In this document: in pieces, positions 33,938 through 43,730 of the stretch
Numbering within the stretch: the first letter of the stretch is position 1
Layout of the letters: each line of letters starts with the position of its first letter
Assembly (NCBI GenBank): GCA_965226055.1
Contig: CBDDCA010000005.1
Location: forward strand, 512,001-576,000
Source: Spirochaetia bacterium
GTDB lineage: Bacteria > Spirochaetota > Spirochaetia > WTKD01 > G963693115
Reading direction: 5' to 3'
DNA length: 64,000 bases
Position numbers and translations under genes: made by a program
Notes under the pieces: generated by a model
Told to the model about the DNA's origin: nothing
The model's input: the letters and a program-made list of their open reading frames with translations, nothing else
The model's database searches: none

Positions 33938-33966
33938 ATAATAAACTATACCGCATAATATAGCAA
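33938..33966 (-). promoter_or_regulatory. sigma70-like promoter of paralog 2
   Basis: TTGCTA-17-TATTAT; the same spacing is conserved upstream of paralog 3. Confidence 0.55.
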
Positions 33967-33981
33967 TACCTATATTATACG

Positions 33982-34016
33982 GATTCAAGGACTAAATGTA
34001 ACATCAAAGGCTTCAG
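33982..34016 (+). repeat. 35-bp junction repeat between paralogs 2 and 3
   Basis: 30/35 identical to 39843-39877; partial copy at 26408-26427. Confidence 0.75.
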
Positions 34017-34022
34017 CAAAGG

Positions 34023-34060
34023 AAAAAAGAGCTAGCATCTCACATAAGACAATAGCTCCT
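34023..34060 (-). terminator. Hairpin + U-tract downstream of DUF285 paralog 3
   Basis: aaaaaa-gagctagcatctcacataagacaatagctc. Confidence 0.65.
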
Positions 34061-34085
34061 CCATATCCAAGAGTAAACTTATGCT

Positions 34086-37000
34086 CTATCGAGACGATGG
34101 ACCTGTGTAGGATCCTCCTGCCCAATCTGGTATTTTGTTTGAAGCCACAGCAGAATTTGTAAATGCATTGTTAGTCTTGATGCTTCTTGATCCAAAATGA
34201 TCTTTCCATTCATAGATATCCTGATTAAAGGAGCTTGCTCCATAAAACATATAGCCCATATTAGTAAGACTACTTACATTCCAACCTGATATATCTCCAG
34301 TAAACTGCGATTCACGAAACATATTACTCATATTTGTTACTTTGCTTACCTTCCAGTTTGATATATCCCCATTAAATTGCGATTCACGGAACATCCAGTA
34401 CATCTGTTTTACATCACTTACATCCCAGCCTGATATATCTCCAGTAAACTGCGATTTATAAAACATGCCTTGCATATATCTCACATTGCTTACATCCCAC
34501 CTTGATATATCTCCAGTAAATCGACTCTCCTTAAACATATCCCGCATATTGACAACATTACTTACATTCCAACCTGATATATCTCCAGTAAAGCTCCTCA
34601 AGGCACTATCATTAAATACATAACTCATATCTGTTATGTATCCCGTATATATTTCATTCAAGTCTGCGTTATTTCCATTTGATGCCACCAGTGTTTTTAT
34701 ATTTGTTATCAAAGCATTCTTTGTTTTTGGGGAATATGTGTATGTATGTATATATATAGTAAACTCTTTTGTAAGCCTTTTTTCTGCATAATCACCAGTC
34801 CCTGTAAACACAATCATGTATTTTCTCAGTGCAAGTGCTTTTGTAGGACTACCGCTTATCGCTCCATTCACTGCACTAAATGTCAAGCCTGTGTCTGTAG
34901 TAAAGGTACTTGGCACTATACTATAGCCCCCTGTTGCATTAAATGTTGAAACTCCAGTATTAGTCAATGGAATACTAATATTCTGCTGCCCTCTTACCAT
35001 AGTAAATAATGAAGCAACATTGCCTCCATATGTCTGTGATATACGATACATCCAGCTTGGTATTCTTACACCAGAGACACCAGCATTCGTAAATATATTT
35101 CCCATAGCCACTGTTCTTCCTGCTATATGTTCCCCCCATGCTTCTAAATCTTGATCAAAGGCTGTTGCTTCGCGAAACATCTGTTCTATAGTAGTTACAC
35201 TGTCAACTTCCCACCTCGCTATATCTTGATTAAATGCTTCTGCATTATTAAACATATGTGCCATAGTAGTCACATTTCTCACATCCCAACTTGATATATC
35301 TTGATCAAACACAGTATTATCCTTAAACATATTACTCATATCGGTAACTTTTCTTACATCCCAGCCCGATATATCGCCATTAAATTGACTCTCCTTAAAC
35401 AGCTCACTCATATTGCTAACATTACTCACATCCCACTCTGTTATAGTTCCATTAAAACTTTTCAAGGCATTATCATTAAATACTCCACTCATATCCGTAA
35501 TAGCTCCTGTATATATGCTATTCAAATCGGCACTGTTATTATCAGGGGTGTCATCATCATCAGTATCCATCACATCCTTTATTGCTGCTATCAACTCTGC
35601 TTTATTGGTAGGAGAGTGGCTATACTCTCCTGCTATTACTGTAATGCTCAATGGTATCTTATAGCTCTTGCCTGCATAGTCTCCTGTTCCACTAAAGAGC
35701 AGTGTGTAGCTTTTTGTACTTTGTGTTTTCGTTGGACTCCCGCTTATAGCTCCTGTACTTGCATCTAAGCTAAGTCCTATATCTGTTATGCTCGGAGAGA
35801 TAGTATAGCTTCCCGTTGCCGTAGTAGGATACTTCTTATTTACTGTTATTACCCCATTTGCTTCTATGGCTTTGCCTACAAACCCACTTATAGTACTGCT
35901 TTCAGTTCCACCAACAGTAAGTACAAAATCATAGAGCCATGTAGGGATATTGCCTTCGGAAAGTATTACTCCACTATTGTCTACTGTATTGAATATTTTA
36001 TCTATATTTACTGTTCTTCCTGCTATATGCTCTCCCCATGCTTCTAAATCCTTATCAAAGGCTGTTGCTCCTTGGAACATTGACTCCATAGTAGTTACGC
36101 TATCAACTTCCCAGCTTGATATATCTTGATTAAATGCTCCTGCTTCACTAAACATCTGTTTCATAGTGGTTACCCCACTTACATTCCAATATAATATGTT
36201 CTGATTAAATGCTGTGTTCTTATAGAACATTGACTCCATATCTGCAACACTGCGAACATCCCATAGGCTTATGTCCTTGTTATATGCTGTTTCTCGAAAC
36301 ATCTCATTCATAGTTGTGACATTCCTTACATTCCAGCCTGATATATCACCAGCATACGATGATTTCTTAAACATATCATTCATATTTTTTACATTCCTTA
36401 CATCCCAATTTGTTATATCTCCATTTTCTCCTGTAAACTTTGACTCTTCAAACATACTGTCCATCGTAGTTACGTTACTTACATTCCAACCTGATATATC
36501 GCCATTAAAATTTCTCAAAGCACTCTCATTAAATATCCCGCTCATATCGGTTATATCTCCTGTATATATGACATTCAAATTGGCACTGTTATCATCAGGG
36601 CTACCATCCCCATCAGCATCTGCTGCCATCACCGTTTTTATATTTGCTATCAAATCTGCTTTTGTCTTAGGAAAATATGTTTGACTGCTCGTATCCTGTA
36701 TCGTGAGAGTGAGAGTAGTACTTTTTTTTCTGCCAACATAGTCCCCATTTCCTGTAAAGGTTATGGCATACTCTTTTGTAGCCAATGTTTTCGTTAGAGT
36801 ACCACTTATCTCTCCAGTTGCTGTATCAAATGTCAATCCTGTATCTGTAGTAAATGTATTGGGTACTACACTGTAGGTTCCTGTTGCTGCTTTCGGTGTT
36901 TTGTCAATAGACAGAACAATATTTTTATCACTCGTAGTAAACACTTTCTTACTTACTATACTCCCTTTCGCATCTTTATACCCAAGAGTATATACCCATG

Positions 37001-39743
37001 ATGGAATTTTTTCATCAGGTAAATGAGTAAATATGCCTTGTACATTCAGTGGTTTTCCTGATACCGTGAGTTCTGGTATATGCTCTCCCCATGCTTCTAA
37101 ATCTTGATCAAACGATGTTGCACCATCAAACATTTTATACATAGTAGTGACTTTCTTAACATTCCATCTTGATATATCCTGATTAAACGATGTTGCGTCA
37201 TAAAACATGCCTTTCATATTTAAAACATCACGCACATTCCAGCCCGATATATCACTATTAAATGGCGTACCAACAAACATCTGTTGCATCCATTGCACCC
37301 CACTGACATCCCATCTTGATATATCCCCATTAAATGGTGTATTTTGAAACATACTGTCCATATCTTCTACATCACTCACATCCCAATCTGATATATCCCC
37401 ATTAAATGGTGAGTCATAAAACATACCTTCCATATTTTTTACATTACTCACATCCCATTTTGATATATCCCCATTAAATTGCGAATAACGAAACATAATA
37501 TTCATCAAAAAAACACTACTTACATTCCAACCTGATATATCACTATTAAATTGAGATGAAGAAAACATTGTTCTCATATCTTTTACATTACTCACATTCC
37601 AATCTGATATATCCCCATTAAATCGCGATTCATAAAACATGGCACGCATGTTTGTAACATTACTCACATCCCAACCCGATATATCCCCATTAAAATTCCT
37701 CAAGGCACTATCATTAAATACATAACTCATATCTGTAATATTCCCTGTATAAATAATATTCAAATCTGCTTTATTATCATTTGGTGTCCCATCACCGTTT
37801 ATATCCATTACCTCTTTTATTACTTGTATCAACTCTGCTTTATTACTAGGAAAATATGCGTATTTCCCTTGATTGGCCTTTACCTCTAATGAAAATGGCA
37901 ATGTAATATTCTTGCCTTGAAACTTAGCATCTCCAGTAAAAGTAATCGTATATGCTTTTTTTGCTACTTCTTTTGTTGCTATTCCTTTTATTGTTCCCTC
38001 TTGTGCATCAAATGATAATCCTGTATCTGCAGTAAATGTATTGGGCTCTATACTATAGAGTCCTGTTGCACTCAATGGAATTTGCTTTTTAATCCTCACT
38101 ACTATATTTTGATATTGCAATACAGTAAGATCTTTTATGCTTGCTCCTTGATATAACACATCAAACACATATGCCCATGTAGGTATCTTTTCATCAGATA
38201 CTTTAGAATGAGTAAACATATTTGATATATTTAATGTCTTTCCTACTGTATGCTCTCCCCATGCTTCCAAATCTTGATCAAACGCTGTTGCTCCCTTAAA
38301 CATATCCTGCATAACAATTAAAGTATCAACTGACCATCCTGATATATCTTGATTAAAGGCTGTTGCTTCTTTAAACATACCTGGCATACGTTGAACATTA
38401 CTCACATCCCAACTTGATATATCTCCATTAAATTGACTCTGCTTAAACATATTGCTCATAGTTTTTACATTACTTACATCCCATCTTGATATATCCCCAT
38501 TAAACCTCGATCCTTGAAACATCTTATACATATATTTTACATTACTTACATCCCATTTTGATATATCACCATTAAAATGTTTCAACATATCATCATTAAA
38601 TAAAAAGCTCATGCTATTAATCGCACTTACATCAATGTGATTGAGATCTGCTGTAGCATTATCAATAATGCCATTCCCATCAGCATCCAAGATAACTTTT
38701 AATATCGCTTTTAGCTCTTCTCTTGACTTAGGTTGTGTTGAATAATTCTTCACTGATACTGATAAAGTCGCTTTTACATTTTTATTTATTGCCTTATCAA
38801 ATTCCCCTGTCCCATTAAAAGCAACAGTAAACCTATGCGGACTTCCCTTTGTTATCGTCTTAAGGTCTCCTGCATTTGCTGTTATTGTCCCTGTACTTAC
38901 ATCAAAATTCATCTCTTTTAGGAGTGCCTCTCCTCCTGCTAACACTGGTGTCAATGTAAATGTTCCTGTTGTTGTTACTGGCCACCGCGTGATAGACACA
39001 TTCACTGCTCGCCCTACTATTGCTACTACTACCTTTGGCTTTAACAGCACCTCCAATGTCAACCATCTGGGTTTCTCAGTAATCCCCGAATTCTTAAATA
39101 CATCTTTACTCCTTTTGCTTACTGTAGGGGCTACTGCCCATAATTTCAAATTCCGAGTAAAAGCAACTGCTCCTTCAAACATGCTGTCAATCTGTGTTAC
39201 ATTGCTTACATTCCAGCCTGATATATCACTATTAAATGATGTGGCTCCCTTAAATATATTACTCATGTTTGTTACTTTGCTTACATCCCATTTCGATATA
39301 TCACTATTAAATGATGTGGCTCCCTTAAACATATTACTCATGTTTGTTACTTTGCTTACATCCCATTTTGATATCCCTCCACGAAACCCCGTCACTCCTT
39401 CAAACATACCACTCATATTTGTTACGTGGCTTACATTCCACTTTGATACATCTCCACTAAAGGTAGGAAACTGCACAAACAAATTACTCATATCAGTAAC
39501 TTTACTTATATCTACATCGTTTAAGTCTGCTGCCATGTCTTTACTTAATCGCTCAGAGATAAGCTGTAATAATTGCGACTTTGAGCTAGGCTGTACCCTT
39601 CCTCCTCCCCCTTCAGGAGCAGGAGGAGAACCTACATTAGAGGAAACTCCCTCTGGATCTTCACAACTCAATAATACTACTAGTATCAATACTATTAGTA
39701 TTATAAAACCATTGCTATGCATAAAAAAATTATTTTTTCTCAT
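34086..39743 (-). CDS. Giant DUF285/BspA-type LRR + Ig-like surface lipoprotein; paralog 3 (6 repeat blocks)
   Basis: 1885 aa; lipobox LLSC; highly similar to paralog 2; AGGAGG RBS. Confidence 0.9.
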   Translation of the reverse strand: MRKNNFFMHSNGFIILIVLILVVLLSCEDPEGVSSNVGSPPAPEGGGGRVQPSSKSQLLQLISERLSKDMAADLNDVDISKVTDMSNLFVQFPTFSGDVSKWNVSHVTNMSGMFEGVTGFRGGISKWDVSKVTNMSNMFKGATSFNSDISKWDVSKVTNMSNIFKGATSFNSDISGWNVSNVTQIDSMFEGAVAFTRNLKLWAVAPTVSKRSKDVFKNSGITEKPRWLTLEVLLKPKVVVAIVGRAVNVSITRWPVTTTGTFTLTPVLAGGEALLKEMNFDVSTGTITANAGDLKTITKGSPHRFTVAFNGTGEFDKAINKNVKATLSVSVKNYSTQPKSREELKAILKVILDADGNGIIDNATADLNHIDVSAINSMSFLFNDDMLKHFNGDISKWDVSNVKYMYKMFQGSRFNGDISRWDVSNVKTMSNMFKQSQFNGDISSWDVSNVQRMPGMFKEATAFNQDISGWSVDTLIVMQDMFKGATAFDQDLEAWGEHTVGKTLNISNMFTHSKVSDEKIPTWAYVFDVLYQGASIKDLTVLQYQNIVVRIKKQIPLSATGLYSIEPNTFTADTGLSFDAQEGTIKGIATKEVAKKAYTITFTGDAKFQGKNITLPFSLEVKANQGKYAYFPSNKAELIQVIKEVMDINGDGTPNDNKADLNIIYTGNITDMSYVFNDSALRNFNGDISGWDVSNVTNMRAMFYESRFNGDISDWNVSNVKDMRTMFSSSQFNSDISGWNVSSVFLMNIMFRYSQFNGDISKWDVSNVKNMEGMFYDSPFNGDISDWDVSDVEDMDSMFQNTPFNGDISRWDVSGVQWMQQMFVGTPFNSDISGWNVRDVLNMKGMFYDATSFNQDISRWNVKKVTTMYKMFDGATSFDQDLEAWGEHIPELTVSGKPLNVQGIFTHLPDEKIPSWVYTLGYKDAKGSIVSKKVFTTSDKNIVLSIDKTPKAATGTYSVVPNTFTTDTGLTFDTATGEISGTLTKTLATKEYAITFTGNGDYVGRKKSTTLTLTIQDTSSQTYFPKTKADLIANIKTVMAADADGDGSPDDNSANLNVIYTGDITDMSGIFNESALRNFNGDISGWNVSNVTTMDSMFEESKFTGENGDITNWDVRNVKNMNDMFKKSSYAGDISGWNVRNVTTMNEMFRETAYNKDISLWDVRSVADMESMFYKNTAFNQNILYWNVSGVTTMKQMFSEAGAFNQDISSWEVDSVTTMESMFQGATAFDKDLEAWGEHIAGRTVNIDKIFNTVDNSGVILSEGNIPTWLYDFVLTVGGTESSTISGFVGKAIEANGVITVNKKYPTTATGSYTISPSITDIGLSLDASTGAISGSPTKTQSTKSYTLLFSGTGDYAGKSYKIPLSITVIAGEYSHSPTNKAELIAAIKDVMDTDDDDTPDNNSADLNSIYTGAITDMSGVFNDNALKSFNGTITEWDVSNVSNMSELFKESQFNGDISGWDVRKVTDMSNMFKDNTVFDQDISSWDVRNVTTMAHMFNNAEAFNQDIARWEVDSVTTIEQMFREATAFDQDLEAWGEHIAGRTVAMGNIFTNAGVSGVRIPSWMYRISQTYGGNVASLFTMVRGQQNISIPLTNTGVSTFNATGGYSIVPSTFTTDTGLTFSAVNGAISGSPTKALALRKYMIVFTGTGDYAEKRLTKEFTIYIHTYTYSPKTKNALITNIKTLVASNGNNADLNEIYTGYITDMSYVFNDSALRSFTGDISGWNVSNVVNMRDMFKESRFTGDISRWDVSNVRYMQGMFYKSQFTGDISGWDVSDVKQMYWMFRESQFNGDISNWKVSKVTNMSNMFRESQFTGDISGWNVSSLTNMGYMFYGASSFNQDIYEWKDHFGSRSIKTNNAFTNSAVASNKIPDWAGGSYTGPSSR

Positions 39744-39784
39744 AATTTCCTCCTGGTTTTTTTAAATTATATTAATCCTTGCTT

Positions 39785-39813
39785 ATAATAAACGATATTA
39801 TATAATATTGCAA
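39785..39813 (-). promoter_or_regulatory. sigma70-like promoter of paralog 3
   Basis: TTGCAA-17-TATTAT. Confidence 0.55.
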
Positions 39814-39842
39814 TACCTTTTTTTATTTTTTTTCAGATTGCA

Positions 39843-39877
39843 GATTCAAGGACTCAATGCGACAGCAAAGGCTTTAG
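39843..39877 (+). repeat. 35-bp junction repeat upstream of paralog 3
   Basis: gattcaaggactcaatgcgacagcaaaggctttag matches 33982-34016. Confidence 0.75.
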
Positions 39878-39928
39878 TTATTACATGTACACTATTTTCA
39901 ATACACAATATGTTGTACAATAATTACT

Positions 39929-40573
39929 ATGGATTGGAAAAACGAACATCCTACATATGAATATTCACACTTAGACGATTCTGTACCCTATTCTCCATGG
40001 GAGCTATGGGAACTATGGCAACAAGAAGCAAAAAAAGTACTACAATATACCAATGAAATTGTACTAGCTACAGCAAGCAAAGAAGCAGTTCCCAGTGCTC
40101 GTATGTTACTCCTAAAATATGCCAGTAAAGAAAAAGGATTTTGCTTTTTTAGTAATAAAAAAAGCAGAAAAGGTAACGATATACATCAAAACCCTCAAGG
40201 ACACCTGCTATGGTATTGTAGCCCACTACAGAGACAAGTACGTATTGATGGCACAATATCAGAATTACCCCGCAAAGAAGCTGAAACATATGCCATAAGC
40301 CGTCCACGTAAAAGTCAAATCAGTGCGTATATATCACAACAAAGTCAGCCTGTAAAGTCAAAACAAGCTCTTCTTGATGCATATCATCAATGTGAAAAAG
40401 AGCTAAAAGATAAAAAAATTCCAGTATCAGAAAATTGGACAGGATATAGCCTACAACCTACCATGTTTGAGTTTTGGCAAGGAAATAGCAATAGATTACA
40501 CGATCGAATTGTATATACTAGAGATACACAAAAAGAAAAACAAACATGGAACATATCTCGTCTCTATCCATAA
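39929..40573 (+). CDS. pdxH: Pyridoxamine 5'-phosphate oxidase
   Basis: PSARMLLLK; RQVRIDG; SRPRKSQI; FEFWQG...RLHDR; RLYP end. Confidence 0.92.
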   Translation: MDWKNEHPTYEYSHLDDSVPYSPWELWELWQQEAKKVLQYTNEIVLATASKEAVPSARMLLLKYASKEKGFCFFSNKKSRKGNDIHQNPQGHLLWYCSPLQRQVRIDGTISELPRKEAETYAISRPRKSQISAYISQQSQPVKSKQALLDAYHQCEKELKDKKIPVSENWTGYSLQPTMFEFWQGNSNRLHDRIVYTRDTQKEKQTWNISRLYP

Positions 40574-40575
40574 TA

Positions 40576-41529
40576 TTAATGAGCTAAATACCACTGTTTT
40601 TTTTCACTTACCAGTAACCCTTCTTTCTCTAAACATGCTAAACATTCTTCTGCTTCACTGATAAATTGTTCTTTATTTTCTATATTTCTTTTATATACAA
40701 GATCTTGAAAAAGATGATGATACAGATCATCTTCATTTAACATCCCATGTTTTGCAAGTATACGAACTATTGCTCCTCGTATTTGTCGCTTAGATCCTTC
40801 AAACATTGATTGCTTTTTATACATATTACTTTTCCGATTAGGATTACTTACCTCAAATTTAAGCCAATACCCATAATCCATAAGTGCCCAATACCATAGA
40901 CGAGGATTTTCTGTATTCATAGTATTTTCTACATAATAGTGAACATCATGCTCTTGCACTTCGTCTTGCTGAGAAAAAAAAGTATGTATAATAGCTCTTC
41001 TAATATTAGTTTCTATCACAACACAGGGGACATTAAACGCAAATACCATTATTGCAGATGAAGTATATGCTCCAATACCTGGTAATAACTGCAATGTTTC
41101 TTTACTATCAGGAATTACACCGTTGTAGTCACTTAGTACAAGTTTTGCACAATTATGTAAAAAACGCGCTCTCCTATTATAGCCTAACCCTTGCCATTCT
41201 TTCAGTACAGCAGATAATGGAGCTAAAGCAAGTGCTTCTATAGTACTCCACCTTTCGACAAAAGACATAAAATAGGAAAGAACACGCGACACTTGTGTTT
41301 GTTGTAACATACATTCAGATACTAGCACATGATAAGGAGTGGGATGTTCTCGCCAGGGCATAGTTTCTCTCGGTCTGTTATAGAAACTATGCATAACAGT
41401 GTCCCTAAATTGTTCTATTGATACATCAGATACTTTACCATGTAATGACAAAAATTTAGCCAAAGCTACCTGTTCCTTGTTTTTTTGCTCGCTCTTCAGT
41501 TTTTCTTCGAATTTTATTCCATACTCCAC
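40576..41529 (-). CDS. mutY: A/G-specific adenine glycosylase, short HhH-GPD MutY-like
   Basis: [22 protein letters not shown]; [10 protein letters not shown]; LPGIGAYT. The true start may be near 41460. Confidence 0.8.
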   Translation of the reverse strand: MEYGIKFEEKLKSEQKNKEQVALAKFLSLHGKVSDVSIEQFRDTVMHSFYNRPRETMPWREHPTPYHVLVSECMLQQTQVSRVLSYFMSFVERWSTIEALALAPLSAVLKEWQGLGYNRRARFLHNCAKLVLSDYNGVIPDSKETLQLLPGIGAYTSSAIMVFAFNVPCVVIETNIRRAIIHTFFSQQDEVQEHDVHYYVENTMNTENPRLWYWALMDYGYWLKFEVSNPNRKSNMYKKQSMFEGSKRQIRGAIVRILAKHGMLNEDDLYHHLFQDLVYKRNIENKEQFISEAEECLACLEKEGLLVSEKKQWYLAH

Positions 41530-42520
41530 TCAACCCCATAGCTTTTTTCATTCCCATAACCGTATCTTGCCCTATCTTTTGCACTCTTTTTGTCCCTTCA
41601 TATAAAATACTCTGTGCTAATCCTGCCTGTAATTCATAGGTAGAACGCTTTTCACGAATTGGATTCAAAAAATCGTTAAGAGCAATAGCAAGTGCTTTTT
41701 TTACTTCTACATCACCAACAGTCCCTTTTCTGTACCGCTCCTTAAAATTATTTACTTGTTGAACATCAGTATTAAACAAATCATGATATATAAATACTGG
41801 ATTACCTTCTACAACACCAGGAATATCAGCACGAATTCTATTAGGATCAGTATACATGCTCATAACTTTCTTTGTTACTGTTTTTTCATCATCAGAAAGA
41901 TAAATTGCATTATTAAGCGATTTAGACATTTTTGATTGACCGTCAGTACCAACAAGTGCTTTTTCTTCTCCAATCAATATTTCAGGTATAGGAAAAAAAT
42001 CACAATCATAGTTTGTATTAAAACGTTTTGCTAACTCACGCGTAAGCTCAATATGGGCTTCATTATCCTTACCTACAGGCACAATATTTGCACGTGGAAG
42101 TAATATATCAGCAGATTGTAATACTGGATATGACAATAAACCAAGACTCATCTCTTTCATATTTGCAGCCTGAGCCATATCTTTTAAGCTAGGCAAACGT
42201 TGCAAACGAGGAACTGTGATCATCATTGATAATAAAAGCGTTATCTCAGCAACTTCTGGAACTTGTGATTGCAAATAGAATGTTATAACACTAGGATCTA
42301 AGCCAACCGAAAGATAATCAAAAACAATATCTTCAACATTTTTAGAAATAAAAGAAATATCATCTTTTGTATGACGAGTAGTAAGCATATGATAATCAGC
42401 AAGGAGAACATACGCTTGATACTCATGCTGTAAACGAACTCTTTCTTTCAGTGATCCAATATAATGACCTAAATGTAATTTTCCAGTAGGCCTATCTCCA
42501 GTCAAAAGAATTTTTTTCAT
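41456..42520 (-). CDS. trpS: Tryptophanyl-tRNA synthetase
   Basis: [13 protein letters not shown]; YPVLQSADI; KMSKS. Confidence 0.95.
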   Translation of the reverse strand: MKKILLTGDRPTGKLHLGHYIGSLKERVRLQHEYQAYVLLADYHMLTTRHTKDDISFISKNVEDIVFDYLSVGLDPSVITFYLQSQVPEVAEITLLLSMMITVPRLQRLPSLKDMAQAANMKEMSLGLLSYPVLQSADILLPRANIVPVGKDNEAHIELTRELAKRFNTNYDCDFFPIPEILIGEEKALVGTDGQSKMSKSLNNAIYLSDDEKTVTKKVMSMYTDPNRIRADIPGVVEGNPVFIYHDLFNTDVQQVNNFKERYRKGTVGDVEVKKALAIALNDFLNPIREKRSTYELQAGLAQSILYEGTKRVQKIGQDTVMGMKKAMGLSGVWNKIRRKTEERAKKQGTGSFG

Positions 42521-42581
42521 ATTACTTCGTAATCCTATCAATACCTAAATGTACCCACCTATAAAAAGTAAGGTATAAACA

Positions 42582-43703
42582 TCATTCCAGCTTGTTCTTT
42601 TTATCCTTTTTGTTCATTTTTGATACTGTAGAGCCATTCCCTAAAATAACCGATATTTTGTTCAAATAAGGAATATAGTCACATACAGTACGCATCAACA
42701 CAAGGAGAGGAACTGATAATAACATACCCATTATTCCCCATACATATCCCCAATACACAAGTCCAACAAAAATAATCAAAGCACTGAGGTTAAGATTATC
42801 ACCTGTAATTTTTGGATCTATTACATTCCCTATAATAACTTGTGTGAGTAAAATAACAATAGTAATGATAATAACTTCAGACCAAGACGGATAAAATTGC
42901 AGAATACTAAAGAGTATACTCACTATTGATATAATAAGAGATCCTACTGATGGAATAAAATTAAATAAAAAGGTCAAAAATCCCCACAATAAAGGAAAAT
43001 TAACGCCTATCATTTCAAAGGCAAAATAAATAATAACACCAGTACAAAAACTTATCAATGCTTTTAATAGGATAAATTTACTAACACCACCACTTATTCT
43101 CTCTAAAAAAGAATCAAAACTTTTTTCTTTTTTTTCATCAGACAAAATACGTTTCGATTTTTCTTTTATCCACGAAAGCTCAATAATGGTAAACATTAAT
43201 GTTATCGTAACTAAAAGATAATTTTTACCTATGTTTATGGCTCCTGCAGAAAACGAAAGAGCAGTATCTCTTAAAAAAGAAAATGCTCCACTTTGTAATT
43301 GGTTTATAATATCTAAGTTTACTTTATCCAGAGCGATATTAGAAAAAACAGTATCTATAATGGTAGTAACTCTATTACGATAAAAATCAAAATAATCATT
43401 AACAGAAGACAAAGAAGCATACAGTAAAGTAATAAGTAAAACACTGATACCTAAAAATACTATAACAGTACACAAAAGAGAAAGAGCAGAAGGAAAGTGC
43501 CATTTATTACGAAAAAACTTATCAAGAGGAAAAAACACTACTCCCAATAACAATCCCACAAATACCGTCACAGAAATACTGCTTGTTTGTTTTAGAAAAA
43601 AGGTAATGAGCATAAACACTATAACAATAATTGATATTCGAGAAATAAAATTTAATTTACTTGTCAAACTACTTTCTGGCTTTTCAAAAGATGATTCTTG
43701 CAT
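42582..43703 (-). CDS. AI-2E family transporter
   Basis: Multi-TM; FLFNFIPSVG; IGNVIDPKITG; WGYVWGIMGMLLSVP. Confidence 0.85.
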   Translation of the reverse strand: MQESSFEKPESSLTSKLNFISRISIIVIVFMLITFFLKQTSSISVTVFVGLLLGVVFFPLDKFFRNKWHFPSALSLLCTVIVFLGISVLLITLLYASLSSVNDYFDFYRNRVTTIIDTVFSNIALDKVNLDIINQLQSGAFSFLRDTALSFSAGAINIGKNYLLVTITLMFTIIELSWIKEKSKRILSDEKKEKSFDSFLERISGGVSKFILLKALISFCTGVIIYFAFEMIGVNFPLLWGFLTFLFNFIPSVGSLIISIVSILFSILQFYPSWSEVIIITIVILLTQVIIGNVIDPKITGDNLNLSALIIFVGLVYWGYVWGIMGMLLSVPLLVLMRTVCDYIPYLNKISVILGNGSTVSKMNKKDKKNKLE

Positions 43704-43730
43704 ATTATGTATTATATCATATAAGTATAT

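Noticed and set aside
95-39743. Regular 66-75-bp repeats (gatatatc...ccattaaa...aaacat) resembling a CRISPR array
   Set aside because: They are in-frame coding repeats of the DUF285 proteins. They are degenerate at wobble positions, have no unique spacers and no cas genes are present.
26515-39743. Diversity-generating retroelement as the cause of LRR variability
   Set aside because: No reverse transcriptase and no non-coding template repeat differing only at adenines was seen in the window.
1892-39765. Many + strand ORFs with LLTSQPDISPLN-type repeats (e.g. 7680..8120, 33464..33958, 38989..39765)
   Set aside because: Antisense shadows of the DUF285 genes.
41456-41529. 74-bp trpS/mutY overlap as a special feature
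   Set aside because: Probably an over-extended ORF start; a TTG start near 41460 would give an ordinary short overlap.
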